Below the pieces are notes generated by a model that was not told the origin of the DNA, searched no databases, and saw only the letters and a program-made list of their open reading frames with translations. From positions 1 through 64,000 of the IMG/VR virus record IMGVR_UViG_3300027985_000627: DNA of 64,000 nt, one strand, 5' to 3'. Source of the DNA: a virus. How positions within the stretch are numbered: the stretch's first letter is position 1; each line of letters starts with the position of its first letter. This document shows positions 19,119 to 28,010 of the stretch, piece after piece. The translations under genes were made by a program, and so were the position numbers.

Positions 19119-20750
19119 GTGGTTGCGAAAAAAAGAACCAGAGTCATTAACGTCGATACCTCGATTGAGAGGTTGATTGTTACTGGCTTCATCGTTGATA
19201 CGGATTTTTGCAGAGAACTAGCCGAAATTGTATCTCTGGAGTACTTCCAGTCGAAGTATGTAAGGCTGATTGCTCAATGGGCTTTAGAATATTACGACCG
19301 ATACGAGAAAGCATGTGGCGAGGACATTGAAAAGATTTTCCAAGCAGAGAAGCACAAGAAAGAAGTTGCCGAAGAACACCTCATTGAACGTTTCCTAGGA
19401 GACATTTCAGACGAATACGGTGCTGGTGGTTTCAATTCAAAGTACACGGTTGACCAAGCAATCAAGTATTTCAAGAAACGCGACCTGCAAATCACCATGA
19501 CCAATGTTCAGATTTACTTAGAAAAGGATGATTTGGTTTCGGCTGAAGAAGAAATCTTGAACCGAAGCAAAGTCGATCTGCCTACGTTTCAGTGGTGTAA
19601 TCCATTCGGAGAAATCGAAACAGTACACAAAGCTCTTGAAGCATCGGAGAACAAGTTCTTTGAGTTTGAAGGCGGATTGAAGAAACTTGTAGGACCCATT
19701 GACCGTGGGTTTTTTATTGGTATGCTTGCTCCGATGAAACGAGGCAAGACTTTTGAAATGCTTGACTGGGCTGTAAGTTTTGCCAACCAGAAATTGAAAG
19801 TCGCGTTCATCTCACTCGAAATGTCGGAAGAGCAGGTCAACAAACGGTTGTACAAAATGATTACCGGGTACGGCGACGAAGCTGGAAAATACCATATGCC
19901 AGTTTTCGATTGCGCGAAGAACCAAACTGGTGAATGTGTACGAACCGAGCGCGAAAATTCATATTCGCTTATCGAGAGTCAAGAAGACGAAGAAAACGAA
20001 GGAGGATCGAGGAGGACGTCAAGGAGGGGTAAGAAAAAAGACGATGAAGAGCCTAAGACAGTCACAAAAGAATACGACCCTGAAAATCCGTACAGACCTT
20101 GCACCTACTGTCGTTTCAACCATCCTAAGCTTTACACTCCGGCTTTCTACCGCGAAACTCACAAAAAGAAAAAATTGTCCGTTGACAATGTATGGCGTCG
20201 AATCAAATCCCTTGAAAAAATGATGGGCAGAGGAAATCTCCAAGTCCGTTGTTTCCCAAAGTTTTCCGCAAACGTTCGTGATCTGCAACACGAACTGAAT
20301 ATGATGGAGCATCACAAAGGTTTTTTGCCTGACGTTATTGTAGTGGACTACGCGGATATTCTTGGTCCTGAAAACGTGAAAGAAACAGGACGAGAAAGAA
20401 CGAACTCTACTTGGATGACTTTGGCGCAAATGGCTTCAACTAGAAATGCTGTGGTTGTTACTGCTTCACAGTCGAACAGACCTGGTATCAAGAAGGACAG
20501 TCTGGAAGCCGAAGATACTGCGGAAGATATACGTAAAATAGCACATGTTGATTTTATGCTGTCATTGAACCAAACCAAAGCTGAAAAAGAAGCTAACGCC
20601 ATGCGATTAGGTTTACTTGCACACCGACATAAAGAGTTTTCTGAAGACAACCAAGCGTTGGTTTTGACTATGCCTTCTCTTGGTCAGATAAATTTGGATT
20701 CGATCCTTGTTAATTGCAAAGGCGATAAATATTTTTACTTAGGAGGATAG
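19119..20750 (+). CDS. Replicative DnaB-like helicase with Cys-rich insertion
   Basis: APMKRGKT, FISLEMS, IVVDYADIL, TASQSNR, AEDIRK. Confidence 0.9.
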   Translation: MVAKKRTRVINVDTSIERLIVTGFIVDTDFCRELAEIVSLEYFQSKYVRLIAQWALEYYDRYEKACGEDIEKIFQAEKHKKEVAEEHLIERFLGDISDEYGAGGFNSKYTVDQAIKYFKKRDLQITMTNVQIYLEKDDLVSAEEEILNRSKVDLPTFQWCNPFGEIETVHKALEASENKFFEFEGGLKKLVGPIDRGFFIGMLAPMKRGKTFEMLDWAVSFANQKLKVAFISLEMSEEQVNKRLYKMITGYGDEAGKYHMPVFDCAKNQTGECVRTERENSYSLIESQEDEENEGGSRRTSRRGKKKDDEEPKTVTKEYDPENPYRPCTYCRFNHPKLYTPAFYRETHKKKKLSVDNVWRRIKSLEKMMGRGNLQVRCFPKFSANVRDLQHELNMMEHHKGFLPDVIVVDYADILGPENVKETGRERTNSTWMTLAQMASTRNAVVVTASQSNRPGIKKDSLEAEDTAEDIRKIAHVDFMLSLNQTKAEKEANAMRLGLLAHRHKEFSEDNQALVLTMPSLGQINLDSILVNCKGDKYFYLGG

Positions 20751-20912
20751 ATGAGCAACTTGTGGTTGAATATCAGAATCGGTTTGTACCATTTACAAAT
20801 AGGTGAAGGTCATTGGTACAGTGTTCGCATCTCTCGAAATGATTACCATAAAGAAATCAATTATTCCAACGGATACTTTAAAATACACACTCTGAAGTTT
20901 CCTTGGATGTAG
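20751..20912 (+). CDS. Small hypothetical protein (53 aa)
   Basis: RBS aggagg; ATG directly after the helicase stop. Confidence 0.6.
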   Translation: MSNLWLNIRIGLYHLQIGEGHWYSVRISRNDYHKEINYSNGYFKIHTLKFPWM

Positions 20913-20923
20913 GGAGAGATAAT

Positions 20924-20969
20924 ATGGCAAACGAAACTACGTTTAAGAACGCCAAAATAGGTGACCGTG
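20924..20969 (+). repeat. 46-bp exact copy of 601-646
   Basis: atggcaaacgaaactacgtttaagaacgccaaaataggtgaccgtg at both loci. Confidence 0.95.
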
Positions 20970-21230
20970 GAGGGAATGATGGGCTACTTATCAAAATCAA
21001 AGTTCTTCACCCCAAAGAACATCGTCGGATACATGCGTCACAAATTTAATAATACCCGCGTCATATTAATGCATGATGGAGAAGATTACTATTTGATATG
21101 TAAGCGATTAATCGGTCCGCGTGATATACAGGAAACAAAGTTAGTATTTACGCCAGAAGCCATTGAGGCGATAGCGGCCATGTATTTATCTGGCAATGGT
21201 CCAAAATGCGGTAAGCTGATAAAGGAGTAG
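20961..21230 (+). CDS. Hypothetical protein
   Basis: ORF, probable ATG after ggaggg near 20976. Confidence 0.55.
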   Translation: MTVEGMMGYLSKSKFFTPKNIVGYMRHKFNNTRVILMHDGEDYYLICKRLIGPRDIQETKLVFTPEAIEAIAAMYLSGNGPKCGKLIKE

Positions 21231-21233
21231 AGC

Positions 21234-21470
21234 ATGGCTAACGACGACCTCCGCACATGCAAGCCTCTTGATCTTATGGAAGCTATCGTCTCGGACGTTG
21301 GTACTCTTGATGGGATTGTGTGTGACCCCTTCATGGGGTCAGGAACTACTGGAGTTGCTTGCATCAATACTAATAGGAAGTTTATAGGAATTGAGAAGGA
21401 GCCTAAGTATTTTGAGATAGCGGTTAAGCGAATTGAGGGTGCTTTAGCTAAGAAGTCCCAATGCAATTAA
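21234..21470 (+). pseudogene. C-terminal fragment of an N4/N6 DNA methyltransferase
   Basis: KPLDLM...VCDPFMGSGTTGVAC...FIGIE (SAM-binding motif I), no catalytic DPPY/SPPY motif; only 78 aa. Confidence 0.75.
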
Positions 21471-21500
21471 GGTTAAATAGATGGGGGGAGGTTTTAGATC

Positions 21501-21680
21501 ATGCCTTTATATGATTTTCAATGCACTAATTGTAGAGAAGAGTTTGAAGAACAGGCTAAGGTAGAGACTATTTCAGTTCCTTGTCCTTCTTGTGGGGCTG
21601 ATAGTAAGAAACTGGTATCCACCCCAAGTTTTATTTTGAAGGGGGAGGGCTTCTACTCTACCAGGGATCAGTACGAATGA
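21501..21680 (+). CDS. FmdB-family zinc-ribbon protein (59 aa)
   Basis: MPLYDFQCTNC...CPSCG...KLVSTPSFILKGEGFYST. Confidence 0.85.
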   Translation: MPLYDFQCTNCREEFEEQAKVETISVPCPSCGADSKKLVSTPSFILKGEGFYSTRDQYE

Positions 21681-22843
21681 GATACTTGTCCCTTTTTTCC
21701 GGTATAGAAGCCGCTACAGCAGCGTGGAAGCCCTTGGGGTGGGAACCTGTAGCCTTTTCTGAGATAGATAAGTTCCCTTGTGCTGTTCTGAAGCATCCTT
21801 ACCCCTCTGTGCCTAATCTTGGTGATGTGACGAAGCTAGACGCCAGAATTTATCAGGGTGTGGTTGACGTGGTTGTCGGCGGATCGCCCTGTCAACCCTT
21901 CTCTATCTCGGGGATGAGAAAAGGGCTTAGGGATGCCCGTGGAAATTTAACCCTGGAGTATGCCAGTATAGTAAATGAGGTTAATCCGAAATATGTTGTA
22001 TGGGAAAACGTGCCAGGAGTCCTCTCAGACAAAACCAACGCCTTTGGATGCTTACTCGCAGCGCTTTCCGGCGAAAATGATCCGCTCATCCCTCCAGGGG
22101 GAAAATGGACAGACGCAGGTTACGTGCTTGGTCCCGAAAGAGCAGTTGCATGGCGATGCCTGGACGCCCAATATTTCGGCTTGGCCCAACGACGCAAGCG
22201 TGTGTTTGTTATCGCATGTCCTAGAAACGGGGCCGATCCACGAACGATTCTCTTTGAGTCCGATGGCTTGCGAAGGGATACTCCGCCGAGCAGAAACCAG
22301 AAAAAAGAGGATTCCTTTATTTCTGGAGAAAGTCTTGCGTTTGGTGGCGGGAACCAGGCAGGAAGTATAGATGTAGCTACTACTACTAAAACGGGGCTGC
22401 GTTTGGATTTTGATAGCGATACTTTTATCTGCTTTCATCCAACACAAGACCCCATCAGCAATGCGGAAGACATCTGCCACAGCCGAGGCTGTGGCAGTAG
22501 TGGCGGTGCTTGTACTGCTGCAATTGCATTTACACAGAACCAGTGCGGAGATGTTTTAGTTGGGGGTGTTATTCCTGCTTTGGGCACAAACCAGAATGCC
22601 ACAGGCAGGAATTCTCCGAAAGTCTTTTGGAATTGGCTTGTAAGGAGGCTAACCCCCAAGGAGTGTGAGCGTCTTCAGGGATTTTCAGACGACTACACTA
22701 ATATCCCTTATGGAAGACCTAAGTGGGAAGGTGAAATTTGTCCTGACGGACATAGGTACAAAGTGCTTGGAAATAGTATGGCGGTAAATGTCATGCGGTG
22801 GATTGGGAGACGTATCCAGACGGCGGAAGAGGGTAGACTATGA
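21677..22843 (+). CDS. DNA cytosine-C5 methyltransferase
   Basis: SLFSGI, GGSPCQ, WENVPG, QRRKRVF, RRLTPKECERLQGF, LGNSMAV. Confidence 0.95.
   Translation: MRYLSLFSGIEAATAAWKPLGWEPVAFSEIDKFPCAVLKHPYPSVPNLGDVTKLDARIYQGVVDVVVGGSPCQPFSISGMRKGLRDARGNLTLEYASIVNEVNPKYVVWENVPGVLSDKTNAFGCLLAALSGENDPLIPPGGKWTDAGYVLGPERAVAWRCLDAQYFGLAQRRKRVFVIACPRNGADPRTILFESDGLRRDTPPSRNQKKEDSFISGESLAFGGGNQAGSIDVATTTKTGLRLDFDSDTFICFHPTQDPISNAEDICHSRGCGSSGGACTAAIAFTQNQCGDVLVGGVIPALGTNQNATGRNSPKVFWNWLVRRLTPKECERLQGFSDDYTNIPYGRPKWEGEICPDGHRYKVLGNSMAVNVMRWIGRRIQTAEEGRL
21975..22370 (+). CDS. Nested +1-frame ORF resembling the beta polypeptide of M.EcoHK31I-type methyltransferases
   Basis: HGDAWTPNISAWPNDASVCLLSHVLET...FSLSPMACEGILRRAETRKKRIP; alternative ATG 21993 preceded by gagg. 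Confidence 0.65.
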   Translation: MRLIRNMLYGKTCQESSQTKPTPLDAYSQRFPAKMIRSSLQGENGQTQVTCLVPKEQLHGDAWTPNISAWPNDASVCLLSHVLETGPIHERFSLSPMACEGILRRAETRKKRIPLFLEKVLRLVAGTRQEV

Positions 22844-22968
22844 GACTCCTCTTTGTAGTTGCTCTTATTTTCTTTTTAGTCGCATGTTCAGTAAAAACAC
22901 CAAGTAAAGATACTGTTCAGGATATTCTTGATGCGGAACATGAGAACCTACAGCAAATGAGGGAGTAA
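22840..22968 (+). CDS. Small lipoprotein (42 aa)
   Basis: MRLLFVVALIFFLVAC lipobox; overlaps flanking stop and start. Confidence 0.6.
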   Translation: MRLLFVVALIFFLVACSVKTPSKDTVQDILDAEHENLQQMRE

Positions 22969-23354
22969 TGGAGCACTATACAGAAGAGGCAGTAAGGGCT
23001 GTTTTGGAATTCACTCCTGACCCAATCGAGCGCGAGACGCTACTAAACTATTTATCTGAATCCCCTATTGGTGATGAGTATGGTCTTTTGCCTGAAAATG
23101 GGTGGGATTTAATAGGAGATAAAGTACCGTACTACTCCACCGACATATCCTCCGCCTTCAAGGTTGTGGAAGAGATGCGTCGGCGTGGGTTTGATGTTGA
23201 AATTGTTTGCAGGGCTTTCTGGAATATTGCGTGGCTTTGCATATTTAGCCTTAGAGAAGGGCAGAGGAATCATCTTTTTGATGGTAATGGTGACACAGTA
23301 CCGCTTGCCATCTGCAAGGCGGCTCCCACGGCGTTGGAAGCGGTGACGAAGTGA
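22968..23354 (+). CDS. Phage ABA-sandwich domain protein
   Basis: PYYSTDISSAFKVVEEM...TVPLAICKAA. Confidence 0.7.
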   Translation: MEHYTEEAVRAVLEFTPDPIERETLLNYLSESPIGDEYGLLPENGWDLIGDKVPYYSTDISSAFKVVEEMRRRGFDVEIVCRAFWNIAWLCIFSLREGQRNHLFDGNGDTVPLAICKAAPTALEAVTK

Positions 23355-23695
23355 GCAATAAACAGATTTGTTCTACGATGGGGAGGGTGAAGCTGGCAAT
23401 ATTGAAGAAGCGTATAAGCAGTGGCGCACACTCCGAGATGGAGGGGAGAATGCATAAATGTGCTATATGTCACGCAGGGGGTGGGGTAGCTAATTGGTAT
23501 AGGTATGGTAATGGGTATGCACACGGGGGCTGTATCGCGCGTAAGATTGTTAAAGCTGAGTTGGTTGTAGAAGCGGCCCGCAAAGTAGCGGAACAGCATC
23601 ACCTGCCCGTGCAGGACTATGACAGTGATGCGGTTGACAGGATGATTGTCGCTATTGCCGCATATGACGGCAAGGATGGTAGTGATGACTCCTGA
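23351..23695 (+). CDS. Hypothetical protein
   Basis: 114 aa, CAIC...HGGC. Confidence 0.55.
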   Translation: MSNKQICSTMGRVKLAILKKRISSGAHSEMEGRMHKCAICHAGGGVANWYRYGNGYAHGGCIARKIVKAELVVEAARKVAEQHHLPVQDYDSDAVDRMIVAIAAYDGKDGSDDS

Positions 23696-23855
23696 ATCAT
23701 TGGTTCAGTTTGGTCAAATGCTATGGAGTTGGGTCTTCGCCGTATCTTACATATCGCTTCCACTTATGGCGGCATTTTGGGTTATCGCGCTCATCATTGC
23801 GCTACTATGGTTTGGGGTTAATGTGGCCAAGAGACTTGTTGGAGGTAAACAATGA
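23685..23855 (+). CDS. Small membrane protein
   Basis: Hydrophobic MTPESLVQFGQMLWSWVFAVSY...IIALLWFG; start approximate. Confidence 0.55.
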   Translation: MTPESLVQFGQMLWSWVFAVSYISLPLMAAFWVIALIIALLWFGVNVAKRLVGGKQ

Positions 23856-24214
23856 GCAAGATTGATATGGAATGGGAAAAAATTGGAGAAGTAGGCGTAG
23901 ATTCTGGAATGATACTGATAACCGACCCACACTACATAAAAACACAATGGGAACCTGGGGAGCCGGACCCTACAATAGACCTGAACCGGCTGCGTTTTGA
24001 ATCTGTACCGCCGCAACTGCTGGGTTACGACGGATGCAGAAAGCTCGCGTTGTCTCGTGATGGTGGAGGACAACTCATCTACAGGGAAGGCCATGCTGGT
24101 GCGGGTGTAGTTGTCAAGTCTGGAGACAGTGACGGTGTGTTCGGAGTGTATGTAAAACGTAAAGACGACCTGATTGTAGCTGTCAAAGTTGAATTGGTAA
24201 TTACCAATAAATAA
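23852..24214 (+). CDS. Hypothetical protein (DUF4241-like VDSG...DP motif)
   Basis: IGEVGVDSGMILITDP...SGDSDGVFGVY; RBS ggagg. Confidence 0.7.
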   Translation: MSKIDMEWEKIGEVGVDSGMILITDPHYIKTQWEPGEPDPTIDLNRLRFESVPPQLLGYDGCRKLALSRDGGGQLIYREGHAGAGVVVKSGDSDGVFGVYVKRKDDLIVAVKVELVITNK

Positions 24215-24235
24215 AAAGAAAACGGTGGTTCTTTT

Positions 24236-24631
24236 ATGGATGCTATCGTAGCAGTAGATGATAAAGACACCGAATTCGTTAAGAAAACACAGAGTTATCA
24301 AACAAAAGGATGTTGCGCGATGGTATCACCGATAAAGAGCAATTCCGAAACAAACCCCTGGTTTGATGAGGTTGCTAGACCCCAAGAAACCAACTCCGCT
24401 CTTGAGAAAGAGCGTGACGCGCTGGTCGAGAAGTTCAAGTGTCACGAGACAGCAGTGAGGAAGTTGGTTCGTGAATTTAACAAACTGGAGGTTCAACGGC
24501 CATGTCCATATTGTTTTGGGGTGAATCGTATCGTCGGTTACATGTCTGTATTTGAGCATGATGATACATGCGAATGGTACATTTTTACAAAAGCCCTCGC
24601 TGCTTTAGAGGCACTGTATGAAACGACTTAG
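24236..24631 (+). CDS. Hypothetical protein
   Basis: 131 aa, CPYC...HDDTC. Confidence 0.55.
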   Translation: MDAIVAVDDKDTEFVKKTQSYQTKGCCAMVSPIKSNSETNPWFDEVARPQETNSALEKERDALVEKFKCHETAVRKLVREFNKLEVQRPCPYCFGVNRIVGYMSVFEHDDTCEWYIFTKALAALEALYETT

Positions 24632-24708
24632 ACAATGTTTTTTGGAAAATCTTTGGCATTTTCAATGTTCGACTTAATGGTTCGTGGAGCAAAGGGAGGA
24701 GAATAGTC

Positions 24709-24921
24709 ATGAGAAAGGTCATTCTTATCATTGTGTTGTTGGCTATGTTTGGAACTTCCGGTTGTCGTTACTGGCAAGCTATGTACGCTTTGAACGCCAG
24801 CATGATGGCGATGTCTCTGGTTCAACGGCAGCAAATGATTAACGCTTATCGGTCAAGTCTTCATAAGCCGAAGAAAGTCATAGTTGAAATTCACGATTAT
24901 CGTCTGAACAAAGGAGACTGA
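24709..24921 (+). CDS. Small lipoprotein
   Basis: MRKVILIIVLLAMFGTSGC lipobox; RBS ggagga. Confidence 0.65.
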   Translation: MRKVILIIVLLAMFGTSGCRYWQAMYALNASMMAMSLVQRQQMINAYRSSLHKPKKVIVEIHDYRLNKGD

Positions 24922-24922
24922 C

Positions 24923-25033
24923 ATGACATTCTTGACTTGGATGGACTACACTGCTATGGTTTCCCTTTCTTTATCCATACTCTTATTCGGATATTTGATT
25001 TATTCTTGTATCAAAGATGGAAGCTGCACGTAA
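24923..25033 (+). CDS. Small single-TM peptide (36 aa)
   Basis: RBS aaggag; MTFLTWMDYTAMVSLSLSILLFGYLIYSC. Confidence 0.5.
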   Translation: MTFLTWMDYTAMVSLSLSILLFGYLIYSCIKDGSCT

Positions 25034-25089
25034 ATACTTCATGGAATCTCTGGATAACATTGATAATCTGCAAATAAAAAGGAGCCAAT

Positions 25090-25287
25090 ATGTCTGCTAA
25101 AGCTAAATCCGCTGAAACTGACAACGAGTTTGAAAAGCAATTCACTTGCAAAGCTGGTATCGCTGGTCGCAAGCGCGGACTTACTGGACAAAGGTTAATT
25201 GATTTTATTAACAATCATCGGAAGGACCCTGCTGGTCATCGTGGTCGTCGCTTCTACCAATCCTCCACCTCCATCTTGGAGAAATAA
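25090..25287 (+). CDS. Small basic protein
   Basis: RBS aaggag; 65 aa, Arg/Lys-rich. Confidence 0.6.
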   Translation: MSAKAKSAETDNEFEKQFTCKAGIAGRKRGLTGQRLIDFINNHRKDPAGHRGRRFYQSSTSILEK

Positions 25288-25288
25288 A

Positions 25289-25678
25289 GTGCTTACAGTA
25301 ACCAAACGGTTTCATTTCTGCTACGGGCACCATTTGCCTGGTCATCAAGGTAAGTGCAAAAACTTTCATGGACACAACTGTATATTGGAAGTTACCGTGT
25401 ACAAGAAAGGGTCTTCCAAAAAATCTAGCGAAGAAGAGTTTTATTTGGATCAAGCTATGGTTATGGATTTCGGTGATCTTAAAAAAGTTGTAAATCCGTT
25501 GATCGAGAAACTTGATCACCAAAATATTAATGAGGTTCTGCCTGAAAAGTACCTTCCCTCCACCGCAGAAAACATGTGTTTGTGGTTTTTGGATATGTTG
25601 GTGAAAGAGGGTATCGGTGTCGATAAAATTCGAATTTACGAAACCCCAGATAACTGGGCTACGTGGAGTAGTCGATGA
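25289..25678 (+). CDS. queD: 6-carboxy-5,6,7,8-tetrahydropterin synthase
   Basis: GTG 25289 after ggag; FCYGHHL...CKNFHGHN, DFGDLK, LDH, TAEN, YET. Confidence 0.92.
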   Translation: MLTVTKRFHFCYGHHLPGHQGKCKNFHGHNCILEVTVYKKGSSKKSSEEEFYLDQAMVMDFGDLKKVVNPLIEKLDHQNINEVLPEKYLPSTAENMCLWFLDMLVKEGIGVDKIRIYETPDNWATWSSR

Positions 25679-26334
25679 TCGTAAATGAAATTTTTCGATC
25701 CATTGACGGGGAAGCCAACTTCTACGGTCAAGGGATTCTCACTACGTTTATCCGACTTCAAGGATGTAACGTTCGGTGTGCTTTTTGCGACACCATGTAT
25801 TCTCAGGGACCGTATGATAAAGATGGCACGTCCATGTCTATCAACGAGATTTACGAAAAGGTTTGCAAACTCGGAAATGACAAGGTTACCATCACTGGTG
25901 GCGAGCCTTTGTTTCAGTTGGACGATGCAGCCACTTTAGCTCGGAAACTTTTGAGAAGTGGGACGAAAGTAACAATTGAAACAAACGGAACGATCATGAT
26001 TCCGAAAATCGGAAACGTTGGTTGGGTCGTTGATTTCAAGTTGCCTTCTTCTGGTGTGACTGATAAAATGTGTATGGAAATTTTTCCTGAACTGGGAGAA
26101 AAGGACATTATTAAGTTTGTAATTTCTGACAAATCGGACTTTGACAAAGCCATGCATGTTATTGCTAGCGGTGCTTTGGGAATTACCAAACCCAGAAACA
26201 AAAGGCCTAGGTTTGCATTCTCTCCCATTCTGCATCGTTTGGAACCAGTCAAATTGTTGAATTGGATGATGATGGCTGATTTGCAGGATTCGTTTCTAAG
26301 TGTTCAGGTACACAAACTTTTGAGCGTCAAATAA
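25675..26334 (+). CDS. queE: 7-carboxy-7-deazaguanine synthase (radical SAM)
   Basis: EIFRSIDGE, FIRLQGCNVRCAFCDT, TGGEP, IETNG, SVQVHK. Confidence 0.92.
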   Translation: MIVNEIFRSIDGEANFYGQGILTTFIRLQGCNVRCAFCDTMYSQGPYDKDGTSMSINEIYEKVCKLGNDKVTITGGEPLFQLDDAATLARKLLRSGTKVTIETNGTIMIPKIGNVGWVVDFKLPSSGVTDKMCMEIFPELGEKDIIKFVISDKSDFDKAMHVIASGALGITKPRNKRPRFAFSPILHRLEPVKLLNWMMMADLQDSFLSVQVHKLLSVK

Positions 26335-26409
26335 TTTTCACGGAAATATGGCTAAGGTTCGATATCATAAGAACGAAAAACAATTTAACCACCCTTTGGA
26401 GGGAATGTC

Positions 26410-27027
26410 ATGAGCGATGGAATCAACATGAAGGAACTGAAGCAGGCCGTCACCGAACTTAACGAAGCTGGTGTTCTCGACAAGAAAATCAAGATTGTCG
26501 GCGTTGGCAAGGATGATCTGGCTGCCGCGTTTGAGGAAGCTGTCAACGGTCTGGACGATGAGAAGGCTGAAAAGCTGACCGCTTTCACCATTGATTTCTT
26601 CAACAACAACTTCGGTGAGGATGAGAATACCGAAGAAGGCGGCGTCGAAGCTTCGGATGAAGAAGAAACTGACGGTGAGGAATCTGAAGGTGAGGAAGAG
26701 CCGGAAGAAGAATCTGAGCCGGAAGAAGAAGAAAAGCCGAAGAAGGCTGCGAAGAAAGAAAAGGCCAAGAAGGCTCCCAAGGAAAAGAAAGAGAAGAAGT
26801 CGAAGGAGCCGGTCGAGAAGTCTCGTTACGGACACACTGTCGGCTCTCAAGCGGCCTTGATTGACGACGCTATTTTTGAAGGCGGCACGATGCAGGAGAT
26901 GATGGAAGCTACTGGTCTGTCTAAGGCTCGCATCAAATCCCATATTTACCATCTTGAAAAGAAGAAAGGCATTGTCATCAAGACCACCGGCGAAGGTGAC
27001 AAAACGGTTTTCAAAGCCAAGAAGTAA
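26410..27027 (+). CDS. Acidic/basic low-complexity protein with C-terminal HTH (nucleoid/histone-like)
   Basis: Poly-Glu block, KPKKAAKKEKAKK block, GTMQEMMEATGLSKARIKSHIYHL HTH. Confidence 0.7.
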   Translation: MSDGINMKELKQAVTELNEAGVLDKKIKIVGVGKDDLAAAFEEAVNGLDDEKAEKLTAFTIDFFNNNFGEDENTEEGGVEASDEEETDGEESEGEEEPEEESEPEEEEKPKKAAKKEKAKKAPKEKKEKKSKEPVEKSRYGHTVGSQAALIDDAIFEGGTMQEMMEATGLSKARIKSHIYHLEKKKGIVIKTTGEGDKTVFKAKK

Positions 27028-27051
27028 CACCAAGTCACATTGAAATGTCAT

Positions 27052-27078
27052 AGGGGAGGGTAACACCTCCCCTTTTTT
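27052..27078 (+). terminator. Intrinsic terminator
   Basis: aggggagg-gtaaca-cctcccct followed by T run. Confidence 0.8.
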
Positions 27079-27087
27079 GGAGGAATT

Positions 27088-27663
27088 ATGGACCTTAATA
27101 AAATGGCTGAGGGTTTCAGAACCCTCATGGAAGCTTCTGACCTTGATTTGAATGATCCCAATTTTTGCGGCACTCCTATGCGAGTGGCCAGAATGTTCGA
27201 AAACTTCTTTGAAGGAACAAAACCTGAAGCCGAAGAAGAAATAGAAAAATACCTTTCTGTAACATTCCCTGCTGAATACAAAGAGCTTATCACGTTCCTC
27301 AATATATCTTGTTGGAGCATGTGCCCGCATCATTTTCTTCCTGTGAAGTACAACGTGTCTGTCGGTTATATTCCGAATGAAAGCGTTCTCGGTGCTTCGA
27401 AGATTCCTCGGCTTGTGATCTTGCTTGGAAAAAGACCTGTTCTTCAAGAACAGTTTACGAAGGACATAACGTCTTATATAAATAGATTTGCTAAACCTGC
27501 TGGCGTCATTGCTGTGGTTGAAGGGCGCCACATGTGTATGCAATCACGTGGTGTTAAGACAACTGCAACGATGAACACAGCCTCTTTGTCTGGATGTTTT
27601 GAAACACAGCATGAGACTAGAAAAGAGTTTTATGACCTTATAGCAAGGGGTTCCACGTTATGA
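27088..27663 (+). CDS. folE: GTP cyclohydrolase I
   Basis: TPMRVAR, SMCPHHFLP, GASKIPR, LQEQ, HMCMQSRG. Confidence 0.95.
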   Translation: MDLNKMAEGFRTLMEASDLDLNDPNFCGTPMRVARMFENFFEGTKPEAEEEIEKYLSVTFPAEYKELITFLNISCWSMCPHHFLPVKYNVSVGYIPNESVLGASKIPRLVILLGKRPVLQEQFTKDITSYINRFAKPAGVIAVVEGRHMCMQSRGVKTTATMNTASLSGCFETQHETRKEFYDLIARGSTL

Positions 27664-28010
27664 GCAAAGAAAGAGTATTCGTCATCGTCAAGAGTGCTTT
27701 CGAAGCGGTACATAGCTGGCCCGAGTGTCCTATAGACGAGGTAGCTTTTCTCAGACACCCTCACAGACATATCTTTCATGTAACCGTGAAAATCGAAGTT
27801 TCCCACGATGACCGAGACGTTGAGTTCATTGTCTTCAAACGCAAGGTAAACGAATACTTGGAAGCTTTCTATTCTGGTAAAGACATCGGAAGGGAGTCTT
27901 GCGAAATGATAGCCAAAGAAATCATTTCCTACTTTTCGGAAAAGTATTCTATCCATTCTGTTTCAGTGTTCGAAGACAACGAAAACGGAGCGGAGGTGGT
28001 TTGTGGCTAA
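27660..28010 (+). CDS. QueD-like T-fold protein, DpdL-like (putative CDG decarboxylase)
   Basis: FEAVHSWP...LRHPHRHIF (LxxxHRHxF)...SCEMIA...VFEDNENGA. Confidence 0.7.
   Translation: MSKERVFVIVKSAFEAVHSWPECPIDEVAFLRHPHRHIFHVTVKIEVSHDDRDVEFIVFKRKVNEYLEAFYSGKDIGRESCEMIAKEIISYFSEKYSIHSVSVFEDNENGAEVVCG

Noticed and set aside
19905-20130. Intein in the DnaB-like helicase
   Set aside because: No terminal HN/nucleophile or Hint-block motifs; treated as a Zn insertion
26335-26375. Phage-specific middle promoter motif (GGAAA...ATAAG; also near 35187 and 41415)
   Set aside because: Spacing is inconsistent between instances; cannot be supported by eye
26365-27543. Long antisense ORFs (also 2058-2942, 35781-37031, 37315-38241)
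   Set aside because: Mirror frames of strongly biased sense genes; no motifs or RBS
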